A stretch of 64,000 nt of DNA from Chiloscyllium plagiosum (lineage: Eukaryota). The notes beneath the pieces were generated by a model. It was not told where the DNA came from, did no database searches, and saw nothing but the letters and a program-made list of their open reading frames with translations. A program made the translations under genes and the position numbers. Numbering within the stretch: the stretch's first letter is position 1; each line of letters begins with the position of its first letter. The stretch is from NCBI RefSeq assembly GCF_004010195.1, contig NC_057718.1:55212196-55276195 (forward strand), read 5' to 3'. This document shows, in pieces, positions 52,611 through 64,000 of the stretch.

Positions 52611-52709
52611 ACAAAGTCATGAGGCAGGGTCAATTGACCTGAAACCTTAACTCTGATTTCACTCCACAGATGATTTTCCAGCAATTTCTATTTTTGTCTA
52701 TGGCTATTT

Positions 52710-53180
52710 TATGTAAGAGACTAGTGATTCTAAGCTGTCCCAAATCTGGTACTCGCCTCCAGATGTTAGTGAGGAGAATTTTGCAGGATTGAGTGAACTG
52801 AGTTTGCTGTCATCACTTCTGGTGTCTAGGCTGATGCTAGGTTGTCCAGTTCCCAGTTTCATTTTAGTGGTCTGATATAACTCAGTAGCGTGCTGGGTCA
52901 TTTCAGAGGGCTGTTAAGGGACAACCGTGTTGTGGGTCTGGAGTCGCATGCAAGACAGGCTAGATAAAGACAGCAGAATTCCTTCCTAAAAGGGCATTGA
53001 TAAGTCCCAGATGGGTAATGGTTTCATGGTCATTATTAGACTTTAACTTCCAGGTTTTCTCTTATTGAGATCAAATTTCATTCTCTATCGTGTTAAGATT
53101 TGAATCCTGTCCTTAAAGCATTTACCTGGGTCTCTGGATTGCTAGTCCAGCAATTGTACCACAATGTCATCACCTCCCAT
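52710..53180 (-). mobile_element. SINE-B-type head fused to the start of a LINE endonuclease (probable LINE-X 5' end)
   Basis: 53180 to 52880 matches SINE B; minus strand then reads CKILLTNIWRRVPDLGQL, like an APE N-terminus. Confidence 0.62.
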
Positions 53181-54469
53181 TTAAAGCAGAGTGATAATCA
53201 ATGAAGAGATGCAGTGATTTTTTTTAAACTTTGCACTTTTTATTTTAGCAGCGCACTCAACCAATTGAAATCATATGCTGACAATCTTTTTTTTACATTT
53301 TGAACAAATTCTGATGCATTTTTGCCATGTAGTGGTGATTCACAATACAACGTTATTTTAATTTCGTAACTTGGGTTCTAAATTGGACAGAACCATGTAT
53401 GGATGTAAGTTTGATTTGTATTTCTATATTGTAAATTTGAAAGGCAAGTATGTAGTTTTAATTTCATTCTTGGGTTCTGAGTGATGATGAATTGGCTGGA
53501 AATGTATTTCTGTGTATTTAAATAAGGCTTTTTATACCCTTAAGGTGAATAGTTCAATGCCTTAAAAGCAAGGGTAAGAAAGAGAGTAAACTTGAGCTGT
53601 TGCACTACAACAAAGTGTACTAACAATAAATCCCGAATGATGCATTTGGATTACCTGCATGTTTAAGTTTTGCAAAAGCCGGACCTGGAGACAGAGACAG
53701 AAACAAGTTATTTTAGAAAGACAAAGTCATGCAGAAGATCTGTTATTTCTGATACTTGTAATAAAATTGTTTCAATTAATTATGTCATGTAAAATAGTTT
53801 CTTTTTGTTTCTTTTGTGATAATTTTTGGTGTTTTGTGGTTTACACCACATTGTTAGCCTTTTGTGGATATGAGTTAGCACCATAGTAAATAAATTGCAA
53901 AAATAAAACTGCCTTTTGGGCCAGGTTTCATTCTGCAGTCTGAATTGTCCAGTATTATTATGATCTGGGATATTAAATGCTTAATAAATCTTACATAATG
54001 GTGGTCAATGTGAGGATCGATTTACCTTTGCAAGACAGATTGTTATGATGAATCACTGCATTACATCACAAATAAGTATCTAATATTTGACCTTTGAGAC
54101 TGGCAAAACATTTTACATTTACCTTTCAGAATATTTGACACTTCTGATCAGACTTCACCCAACGGTCACTCATGTTTCAAAGCCCTAATTGTTTTAGGGC
54201 TTCCAAATGGTACACCATCTCTCAACCACCATGTATGGGAGGAAATAAAATCTTCTTGTGGGGAGCCTACAAGGTCTTTTGAAAGGCCACATGAAAATGC
54301 TATGGAGTTGGGAAGGCAAAAGAGGATTGTTCCTTTTTCTTCAAAAAAGCCAAGCTTAGCATTTTATGACCTGATTAACACCTCCATCTGGAGAGGAAAA
54401 TCTGGCCCAGTGTAATCTTAAAACACTTGTTTCATTACAGTTAATGACAAGAATGTCTATTAAGTATTC

Positions 54470-55680
54470 CTTTTAAGTGAACAACCCAGGGCGTTTCACA
54501 TGAGCATTATCAAGCATAATATGATATGCAGCTTGGTAGAGACATTAGGATAACTGATCAAAAGCTTGGTCAAAGACATAGGTTAATGTCTGCTCTAATT
54601 AATTAATATTAATGTTCCCTATAAATGTTTTGTTAGCTGTGAGGACCTCTGATGTTCATGTGCAGCAGTGACTTTCAGTGACATGCGCGGAACCTCGAAG
54701 CGTGCATGCATCTGTGCAGCTTGGAGGAAATGTTGGTTAAGGTGTGCCATAAAGGGGAAGAAAGAGGTGAAGAATTATGGGAGAGAACTCCAGAGTGTAG
54801 TATCTAAGCATTTGGCTGTTAATCATTGAGCAATGAAAATGATGATGAGGGTGAGCTCAGATTTGGAAGAACACAGATTTCAGGAATGTGGGAGACTGAT
54901 AGTAGATTTGAAGGAAGAAGCAAGATCATGTAGATTTATATGTTGGGATATGATTTTTACTATTTGAGGTGTTGTTGGGCAGACATTTATTATAGGAACA
55001 AAAGATGATGGCTTTAACCATCTTTATATTGGAGAAATTTTCTGCTGATCTAGTACAGGCTGCTGCACCCCCAAAATATTGAACATAACAGCCCAGTACA
55101 GGCCCTTCATGTTGTGCTGACATGTGGAAACAATCTGAATTTAGATTAGTTTAGATTAGATTATCTACAGTGTGGAAACAGGCCCTTCAGCCCAACAAGT
55201 CCACACCGCCCCTCCGAAGAGAAACCCACCCAAACCCATTCCCCTACCCTTTATTTACCCTGACTAACGCATCTAACACTGTGGGCAATTTAGCATGGCC
55301 AATTCACCTGATCTGCACATCTTTGGATTGTGGGAGGAAACCGGAGCACCCGGAGGAAACCCACGCAGACACCAGGAGAATGTGCAAACTCCACACAGAC
55401 AGGCGGGAATCGAACCCAGGACCCTGGTGCGGTGAGGCAGCAGTGCTAACTGCTGAGCCACCGTGCTGCCCATCTGAGTGAGGGGTTGAGATAAGTGGTG
55501 ATGAGGGAGGTAGAACTAGTGTCTTCAGGATATCGAGGACTGGAAATTACGATTTTGGTTCATATTGTTCAGGCATAGCATGTAGGTGAGGAAAAAGAGG
55601 AGGCCAAGGATTGATCCTTGGGGGGAGTCCAGGTGTAACAGTACTGGATTAGACAGGAAAACCCTTTTGTGGTTTCTCCC
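54470..55680 (-). mobile_element. Decayed L2-like LINE with insertions
   Basis: ORF 55525..55785 has SPQGSILGLLFFLTYML (L2 RT motif); HE1 inserted. Confidence 0.6.
55141..55472 (-). mobile_element. HE1-type V-SINE
   Basis: Full-length reverse copy with (ttaga)n tail. Confidence 0.93.
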
Positions 55681-57559
55681 TTTCAATGTATTAAGTATGA
55701 AAATTACTATTTTGGAAACTTGTTCAGCATATATTGGTGAACATGCATATCTGTGCAGTTGTAGCACAATACTGTGCAGAATCAAATTTGCAGTATTTTT
55801 AATACTGTGACAATTCCAGCAATAAATACTTAGTGTTTAAACGTTTTCCAAAATTCTATTCATGCAAAAGTCTTGGAATACCATCAACTTCTGATAGTTA
55901 AGGAGCTCCTTTGTTTGTATGAGATTCCGAAACTCTTGTTTAATCGTCAAGTAATGATGTTTAAATAAAAACCTGCAGCTCGTTGAGCCAGTGGAAATGT
56001 AGGTTGATGCCATTGAGAGTGTAGATATGCACTGGAAAATTGAAAAGCGGGTTTAAGATATTGCACTTTTCCTGTATTTATCCACAAATTGATCCAGTTG
56101 TACAGTTTGCACATTGATGGATCTGAGAGAGACATTGAAGGAGAGTTGAAGAACAAAGGATTATTGAATAGAATAGAATTGAGTATTGCTGAAAAAGGAG
56201 ACAGTACGTCAAACCTTTTTCATTTGTGCTCTTCAGTAAAGATACAAGAATGTCCAAATTTAAAGGGAGCAATAATTTAAACTGCACAAAAAAGTGCTTG
56301 AGTATAATTTTAATTGAATGTAAATGTACAGTTGTACAAAAAATTTCTTCCATTTTCAGACTAAAAAACAAAACCAATTGATTGGAAAACTGAAGCATTG
56401 AGTTACAACAAAATATTCTATTAAGATTGAAGACTCTAGGTTTTTACTTGTAAGAATCGTGATTTAAAAACAATTTAAAGTTCTATGCCCCCAAAATCTA
56501 ATTTATTTTGATTTTGCAATACACTATAATGAGCTATTTACATAACCAGTTTCTTTCAATTAAATGTTCTGTTGGATTTTTTCATATTTCTGTCTTGAAA
56601 TCCACAGTTGCATGCTTCAGTCAGATATCAAAGTTTGGAGCAGTGACTGCACCAACTATTACCAACATATGTAGTTGTACTGCCACTTAGTGGTTGAAAC
56701 TGAAAAATTACAACAGATTATTTGCCAAAAAGCAAACTACATGTGAAAATCAAGGCATTAACAGCAACAGAAAATACAGGTGAACAATGAACTAAAGCAG
56801 CAATTTGAAAAAATAATCAGACTGTCTCTTCATGGTTCACTTTACTCATAGTCTCTTACATTATATTCACATCAATCTAATAAAATATTTTTGGTATGTT
56901 GAGAACTTGTATATTTCCAGCATGGATTAGGAGTACAATTTCCCAATGTGTTCCCTGCATGCGTGGGAACGGAAGAGAAAAATAGTTTAGATGCTATTCT
57001 TAAAAATATGCGTAAGTGCACTTCCTGTACATTGCATGCAAGATGTCATGCCTTGTTGATTAGCTCAACTTTTGTGCTTGTAAGATAGAAATGCTTTAGA
57101 ATTCTAATAAAAGCCCGAGGGGCACCAGTGTTTAAAATAAAATTACTCCAGATTTTTCAAAAGAAAATACTCGTATATTTGTATCTTAGGATCAAATTAT
57201 GTTTTAATGTGCAGTGTACTTTTTATTGTTTCATGATTAAACTATAGAATTGTTTGCTAACAGTTGGTCATCACGGTTATTGTCTATCTCTCATTTTCAG
57301 CTTTCTGTCTTTCTCCTTTTTTCCCTCCTCTTGCTTCCTTCATCCAATTCTATTCTCCGTAACCTAAAGCTTAAACTTGATCTTGGCCCAATTCTACAAT
57401 TTACCATGGGGAAGTGATCAATTATATATTACTGGTTTCATGTACCAAATTTAACATACAAATGATAAATCTTATGTTATTTCTGTAGGTGGTGATCTAT
57501 TAGATACTTTCTGCATTTTGAGTTTCACATTGTGTGGGCTCGAACACTCGGTGTTACTC

Positions 57560-57795
57560 GACTATATTACCTTGATTTAAGAATAGCTTATACTCTGCTT
57601 TATATCAGACTTATGAATGACCTCTTATATATTAAATTTGATTGTTCTCTGCACCTTCTCTGTAGCTGTAACAGTATATTCTGCTTTCTGTTCTGTTCCC
57701 CTGATGTACTTACGTAAGGTATGATTTATCTGGTTAGCACGCTAAACAACACTTTTGACTTTATCTCCGTGGATGTGACAATAAGTCTTATCAAA
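57560..57795 (+). mobile_element. Rex1/Babar-like 3'UTR remnant
   Basis: Similar to 11290-11355 and 12346-12446. Confidence 0.45.
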
Positions 57796-58381
57796 GATTT
57801 TGGTTTGTTGCAATTAAAACAAAAATAGTGCTGGTCATGTTTACATGAGAGATCCGAATGTCTAATATCAATAAAACTAGGATAAAGACAGACAGCCTTT
57901 ATCTATTTTTAAAAATTTGAATTTTGAAAGCAAAGTATCTGAGGGAAATGTTAATAGGGAGATTAGGAGGGAGGTAAACTGCTAGTTTGAGGGTGAGGCT
58001 AATTGCCAACATAACGTACCCTTGGGAGTGAATTAATTGTTACTCGAGCAAGAGAAAGGACAGGATACAGGAAAGAATTAAGGAGAATGAGAGGAGTAAT
58101 TTAACAGGAAGCTAAGGGGATAGGGGAAATGATGCAGTGGGATTGGTAAAAGAAAAATACGATAGCTTGGGGTCAGGCGACACCTTCCTCAAATGTAGGT
58201 TGAATGTGTTGGTGACTCTGTTCTGTACTTAATCACCTGTCAATTCTTGTGCAAAAGACAAAGAAATCAGAAGTAGTTAATGAGAATGAAACATCAATAG
58301 AAAATGACACAGGAGGGGCAGAAAATTAGCAACACATGAAGATGAAGTCAAAGACTAACCATATTCCCTGGTCAATTAAGT

Positions 58382-58446
58382 ATTAGCAAAGTTTTTAATC
58401 TACTGGTCAATTAAGTATTGACCAGTAGATTAAAAACTTTGCTAAT
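58382..58446. repeat. Perfect 30-bp inverted repeat with 5-nt loop
   Basis: attagcaaagtttttaatctactggtcaat-taagt-attgaccagtagattaaaaactttgctaat. Confidence 0.95.
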
Positions 58447-59044
58447 TTGGAGAGACTTTCATGTCAACATTTATGATTGATAACACACACAGTGGGAATT
58501 TACTAGTGTAAGTAGCTGTCTGTTGTTGTGGAATTGCAAACTGTTTGCTACTAGGAGATGTCCTTCATTTCTAGTCTCTTGGTCAGTGAACCCACCCCAT
58601 TTATATAATTGATAATCGCAGAACTTTAATGGCAATTCACTTTCCTTTAAATGTTTTTAGGCATTCCTTGGGTTTCAAGCCTGACCACTCCAATGTGATC
58701 AGCTTTAAATGCATTGCTCACATCAGTGCAGGTTTTCCTGTTTCTTTGAGCTCTGTGGGCAAATTTTCTGACATCTCCCTGTTAACTTCAGTCTTGTGAA
58801 CCTCAGTAATTTCTTTAGCCGTGCTGTGTAGTCTTTTTGTTCAGCCTTGCTTCAGATGCAAAACAATAAAGAAATTAAGACAGCAGAAGATTAAGAAAGG
58901 AATTATGGAGTTGAGGCATATTAGGAATTTGAGGGACAGGGGCTACGATGTCGGTTGGTTTCCAAATAGAAAGAGCAAAGGTGAGAACACACAGGTGGGC
59001 ACATGCATGCAAGTCTTGAGGCAGTCTGGCTGCTTCAGTGGATC

Positions 59045-59385
59045 GAATCAGAATCCCAATAGTGTGGAAGCAGGCCATTCGGCCCATTGAGTCCACATGG
59101 ACCCTCCATAGAACATCTCAACAAGGACCAACCTCTACCCTGTAACCCAGCATTTCCCATCGTTAACCTAGCTTGCACATCTCTGGACTCTATGGGCAAC
59201 TTAGCATAGCCATTCCATCCAACATGTGCATCTTTGGACTGTGGGAGGCAACTGGACCACCTGGAGGAAAACGACTTAGACATGGAACATGCAAACTTCA
59301 CACAGAAAGTCATCTAAGGGTGAAATCGAGCAGGTCCCTGGGGCTGTGAGGCAGCAGTGTTGACCACTGACCAAGATGCCACCCC
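59045..59385 (-). mobile_element. HE1-type V-SINE (older)
   Basis: Diverged reverse copy. Confidence 0.82.
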
Positions 59386-59429
59386 TTTACTTCTTCAGAA
59401 CCTCATGCCCATTGTATTCTTAAACAATA

Positions 59430-60330
59430 GCTTTTCGTAATTTACATAAATGATTCAGATGTGAGCATGGGGGTGTAGTTAATAAGTTTGCAGATGACAC
59501 CAAACTTGGAGGTGTAGTGGACAGCGAAGAAGGTTGCCTCTCAGAGTACAATGGGATCTTGATCAGATGGGCCAATAGGCTGAGGAGTGACAGATGGAGT
59601 TTAATTTAGATTAATGTGAGAGACTGAATTTTGGAAAGGTAAATCAGAGCAGGACTTATACACTTAATGGTAAGGTCCTGGGAAGTGTTGCTGAACAAAG
59701 AGATCTTGGAGTGCATGTTCATAGTTCCTTGAAAGTGGAGTCGCAGGTAGATAGGATAGTGAAGAAGGTGTTTAGAGCATGCTTTCCTTTTTTGGAGAGA
59801 GCATTGAGTATGGGAGTTGGGAGGTCATGTTGCAGCTGTACAGGATGGTGCAGTTCTGGTCTCCCTCCTCTCAGAAAGAACACTTGAAAGTGTTTAGAAA
59901 AGCTTCACAAGGATGTTGCCAGGATTGAAGGATTTCAGCTGCAGGGAGAGGCTGGGGCTGTTTTCCCTGGAGAGTTGGAGGCTGAGGGGTGAGCTTAGAG
60001 ATTTTATAAAATCATGAGGGGCATAGATAGGGTAAATCGACAGGAGTTGGGGGGTGGGGGAGTCCAGTACTAGAGGGCATAGGTTTAGGGTGAGACCTAA
60101 GCGGCAATGTTTTCACGCAGAGGGTGGTACGTGTATGAATGAGCTGCCAGAGAAAGTGGTGGAGGCTCGTACAATTACAAAATTTAAAAAGCATCTGGAT
60201 GGATATATGAATAGGAAGGATTTAGAGGGATATGGACCAAGTGCTGGCAAATGGGACTAGATTTATTTAGGATATCTGGTCGGCATGGACGAGTTGGAAT
60301 GAAGGGTCTGTTTCCAAGCTGTGAGTGTAT
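59430..60330 (+). mobile_element. 5'-truncated CR1/HER1 LINE
   Basis: aagtttgcagatgacaccaaa (KFADDTK) through the tail; colinear with 29803-30688. Confidence 0.9.
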
Positions 60331-60579
60331 GATTAGATACTTCAGGCCTCATTCCCCCCCCACCCCCAACACATCTCAGGTCAAACATGCCAAACCGTAC
60401 TGCTCAGCCACACCCATACTCCTTGGAGCCCTGCTGCCAGCTTAGAGCCAACCTATGTCTGTTCCCCACACAATCTGTCAAGTTTTCAAAAATAGAAAAA
60501 ATACTGCCTATCTGTGTCTGAGAGTTGAAAACAAATTGTTGCCAGAAAATTCAATGACAGGTTTATGTCAATAAACAAT

Positions 60580-60765
60580 GTTAAAGTGGCCAAAGGCTGC
60601 AATCTCATTTGGGAGAAATGACTCGTGGTGAGTTCAACTTCACTATGCCTCAAGTGAAGGTGAGATTGAGAAGACAGGATCTTCATGGTAACCTCAACTG
60701 CTGCAGGCATTGAACTCACTCTGCTTTGTAAACCAGCTGTCCAGCCAGTGGAGCTAACTGACCTC
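60580..60765 (-). mobile_element. tRNA-headed SINE, here called family C
   Basis: Reverse complement resembles 62590-62712 plus 63025-63110 (ctgaggttaccatgaa shared). Confidence 0.55.
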
Positions 60766-62149
60766 CAAACACCATATTATCACTGTAGCATTGACATAGA
60801 TTTCACAAGGTAGTCAAGCAAGCAATATCACAGCAAGTAAGGATTTGTAAATTTAGTTTGATGACAGCTCAAAAAAGTTATTTAGACATTAGCTTGCCTT
60901 TGTGGGCAGCTAATGTCTAAATATCAATATAAATTTGTTTTTCCTCACAAAACACCTCCCCAAAGAGAATGAAAATCTATCTTTGAGGCATTTTCATTAC
61001 TTATCAAAAATTACTGTAATATTATTGCTATGTCACCTGAACAGTAAGTAATAATATTGACAGACATATAGTGAATTACACAGCAACCATGTTTTACATA
61101 CATCAATGGGCATCACCTCATCAATGTTGTTTATATTGCTGACGATAAAGCACCCTCAATAATATTTTCTTTGGGAACATAATTTTCAAATTATTCGCTT
61201 GGAGAATTTATTCCACGGCAATAATCATAAATATTATTCTGAAAATTTTCCAAGAAAATCAAAGGACTGTGGCCTGTAAAAGTAATACCTTCTTCTATGA
61301 TGCTCATGTAAATTTTAAAATGATGTAAAAGCATCACAAAATTCAAAGTCTCCTTTTCCACTGCAGAATGTTGATGTAATCAATTTCTTTAAATTATAAT
61401 TGACAGGCCATCCAATCCCCAACTATTCATTTTGCAGTAAAACAGCCCCAATACCAATGACCTTGGCATTAACAGTTAGTTTGAATGGCTTTGCATAATT
61501 CAGTGCAGCTAAAATTAATGTGGTTTCTCAGCACAGCTTTCAAGTTTTCAAAGGCACTTTGACACTGGCATCCATTTAAATTTTCTGCCTTTCTGTAACA
61601 AATTCATTAAAGCTGCAACAACAGTGCTGAAATACAGAACAAACCTGTGATAGAATCCAGTCATGCCAGTCTAATGGAAAATTTCACCGTTTGTCCTAGG
61701 CACAGGGAAGAATCCATGTTTTCATTTCTCTAAGTGCTGTTTGGCCTTGTCCCAAAGTGTGGCCTAACTAAGCCACCTTTGTCTTGGTAACTTTGCTCTT
61801 TACCAAATTTATAACTTAATTGACTTTTTGTAGTTGAATAAACAGTCAGATGGTATTAATGTTCTTCCCTAGTTTCACTAAAAACAACTAAATCTCAATT
61901 GAAATAACAGTTATATCTTTCTTCCTACCTTATTAGTTAATATATTAAAACATTGGTGTATTTTTTGACTGTTGTGGACGCTCCCAAATAGGGAAAAATC
62001 TTCCTACCATCCACCCTATAAAATCCCCTCAGAATCTTATATTTTAATCTGATCACCTATCATTCTTTTAAAATCCAACTGGTATATGGTAAATCCAATC
62101 TGATAATCTCTCATTAGAAAATAATCCTTTCATTCCAGGACCCTTTGTA

Positions 62150-62468
62150 TCCCTAGTGTGGAGGCAGGCCATTCAGCCCAAAAAGTCCACACTGACCCTC
62201 TGAAGAGCATTCCACTCCCCTAACCTATCCCTGTAACCTTGCATTTCCCATGGCTAATCTACCTAGCCTGTACATCCCTGGGCACTATGGGCAATTTAGC
62301 ATGGCCAGTCCACCAAACCATTACATCTTTAGATTGTGGGAGGAAACTGGAGCACCGGAAGGAAACCCATGCAGAATGTGAAAATGCCACACAGACAGTT
62401 GCCCAAGGCTGGAATCAAACCCAGGTTCCTGGCTTTATGAAGCTACAGTGCTAACCACTGAGCCACCA
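62150..62468 (-). mobile_element. HE1-type V-SINE (older), inside a CR1 remnant
   Basis: gtgtggaggcaggccattcagccc...cagtgctaaccactgagccacc. Confidence 0.85.
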
Positions 62469-62589
62469 TTAGTTAAGTGAACCTTCACTGAACAGCATCA
62501 TTTTCAGTTATTTATTTTCTTAAGCAAGAAGACTAAATCTTTATATGGTACTCCAGATGTGTTCTGACTAAGGCCTGTTACAACTGTGT

Positions 62590-63110
62590 GATGGTCACTT
62601 AGGTCAGCTGGCTGGATGGTTAGTTTGCGAATGCAGAGAAATGTTAACAAAGTGGGTTAAATTCCTGTACCCGCTGAGGTTACCATGAATCTCAACCTTA
62701 TCCCTTGCATGAGGGCGGCATGGTGGCACAGTGGTTAGCACTGCTGCCTCACAGCGTCAGAGACCCGGGTTCAATTCCCGACTCAGGCGACTGACTGCGT
62801 GGAGTTTGCACATTCTCCCCGTGTCTGCGTGGGTTTCCTCCGGGTGCTCCGGTTTCCTCCCACAGTCCAAAGATGTGCAGGTCAGGTGAATTGGCCATGC
62901 TAAATTGCCCGTAGTGTTAGGTAAGGGGTAGATGTAGGGGTATGGGTGGGTTGCGCTTTGGTGGGGCGATGTGGACTTGTTGGGCCGAAGGGCCTGTTTC
63001 CACACTGTAAGTAATCTAATCTAATGAGAGTGGCGACCTTCAAGGTAAACCACTACCAGTTGTTTTTAATGAGAAAGCAACCCTATAGGACTGTGGTGAT
63101 TTGCCACAGC
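62590..63110 (+). mobile_element. SINE family C interrupted by HE1
   Basis: Box B-like gggttaaattcc; continues after HE1, with atgag on both sides of the insert. Confidence 0.55.
62713..63024 (+). mobile_element. HE1-type V-SINE (young)
   Basis: Near-identical to the 24095 and 43838 copies. Confidence 0.95.
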
Positions 63111-63144
63111 ACATCTGTACATTTATACTGTATTTCCCTTGTAA

Positions 63145-63348
63145 TAAATACCATCAGAGAGCTGTGGGGGCAGAGTCATTGTATATATTTAAGACTGAGA
63201 TAGATTCTTGCTCATTAGGGGAATTGAGGGTCGTGGGGAAAGGGCAGGCGGGTGGTTATGAGGAATCAGCCAGGATCCTATTAAATAGTGGAGCAGACTC
63301 ATGGGGCTGAACAGCCTATTTCTGTTTCTATTTCTTATGGTCTTATTC
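63145..63348 (+). mobile_element. CR1 3' tail fragment
   Basis: QRAVGAESLYIFKTEID and tail gggctgaacagcctatttctgtttctatttcttatg. Confidence 0.75.
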
Positions 63349-63859
63349 CATTTGCCTTCCTAATCGTTCATTGTGCCTGTGTACCAAATTTTGTGATTCT
63401 TTTACTAGGACATCTAATTACTCTGTATGTAACACTTGCAATCTCTCTCCATTAAAATATAATACAGTTTTTTTTATTCCTGCTACTTGAACAAATGTGT
63501 TGTACAAGAGACAGCCTAATCACAAATAATAATTTAAATTTTATGACATTGGATACTTAGCAAATGTTATTCAGTGTGGCCTTTCTCCTTTTATTGAACA
63601 GTTTAAAAAAACTTAATTAATTTAGCAATTTAAAATTGTTTTCTGTGGTATTTAGTTTCTCATTTGTGATACTTTAGGCAAAATATTTTGTCATTGGGAA
63701 ATTTATTCCATTCTTTTGCTGCATTGTATTGATGCACCTTTCTTATAGACCAGTTTACTTGTGCTGTCTATGACAGTTCTATTTACGTGCTGATCTGCCT
63801 TTGAGCAAGACAGAAATTTAAGATCTGCAATTTCAGATGTGCATTTACAACTTATGATC

Positions 63860-63940
63860 CTTTGTGTTCTGAAGTGCTGTTCTGATGTGTTTTCAGAATA
63901 TTTTATGAAAGGCAGCTCATGACGAGGGACATCTAAGAAG
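63860..63940 (+). promoter_or_regulatory. sptbn1: 3' splice acceptor (tgtgttttcag|AATA) plus 44-nt 5'UTR part of the sptbn1 start exon
   Basis: T-rich tract ending tttcag at 63891-63896, so the exon would begin at 63897. Mammalian SPTBN1 also has its ATG in an internal exon after a short UTR segment. Confidence 0.75.
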
Positions 63941-64000
63941 ATGACAGCAATAGCAACAGACTACGACAACATTGATATTCAACAGCAATATAGTGATGTC
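63941..64000 (+). CDS. sptbn1: Spectrin beta chain, non-erythrocytic 1 (beta-II spectrin); first coding exon, runs off the window end
   Basis: ATG at 63941 reads MTAIATDYDNIDIQQQYSDV, closely matching my recollection of the vertebrate SPTBN1 N-terminus (MTTTVATDYDNIEIQQQYSDV) and less like SPTB or SPTBN2. Kozak context aagATG has A at -3. Not in the ORF track because it is truncated. Confidence 0.93.
   Translation, partial: MTAIATDYDNIDIQQQYSDV

Larger units (their letters stand above)
1..63896 (+). other. sptbn1: Probable large 5'UTR intron of sptbn1
   Basis: Inference: no other host exon or CpG-island promoter recognised, and the window ends in an acceptor plus start exon. An unrecognised non-coding exon inside cannot be excluded. 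Confidence 0.6.

Noticed and set aside
54611..54737. Possible hAT-type MITE (aatgttccct...ggaggaaatgtt)
   Set aside because: Termini too degenerate and no clear TSD.
9172..60330. Apparent sense-strand excess of CR1 copies and similar truncation points near the ADD motif
   Set aside because: Too few independent copies to distinguish from chance.

Overview
Eukaryotic, repeat-rich DNA from a cartilaginous fish (shark). The basis is the repeat content: HE1-type V-SINEs with their partner HER1/CR1 LINEs. The only host coding sequence I can support is at the far right end: a splice acceptor at 63895-63896, 44 nt of 5'UTR, then ATG at 63941 encoding MTAIATDYDNIDIQQQYSDV, the N-terminus of non-erythroid beta-II spectrin (SPTBN1). 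The remaining ~63.9 kb is most simply the large 5'UTR intron of sptbn1 (inference). It holds layered, decayed transposable elements: many CR1 fragments, nine HE1 SINEs, a Rex1/Babar LINE, L2 and RTE remnants, a two-LTR Gypsy element, two Tigger/pogo-like MITE copies, three families of Penelope-like elements (PLEs) with hammerhead-ribozyme cores, and an 841-nt assembly gap. Most ORFs in the track are TE fragments or noise. I see no intact novel protein-coding system. The most unusual signals are: (i) two PLE insertions containing copies of nearby DNA from 1-2.5 kb away; (ii) repeated minimal hammerhead motifs with a covarying stem II; (iii) a LINE whose 5' end is a tRNA-like head shared with a dispersed SINE; (iv) two overlapping uORFs just upstream of the sptbn1 start. 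Boundaries of decayed repeats were read by eye and are approximate.
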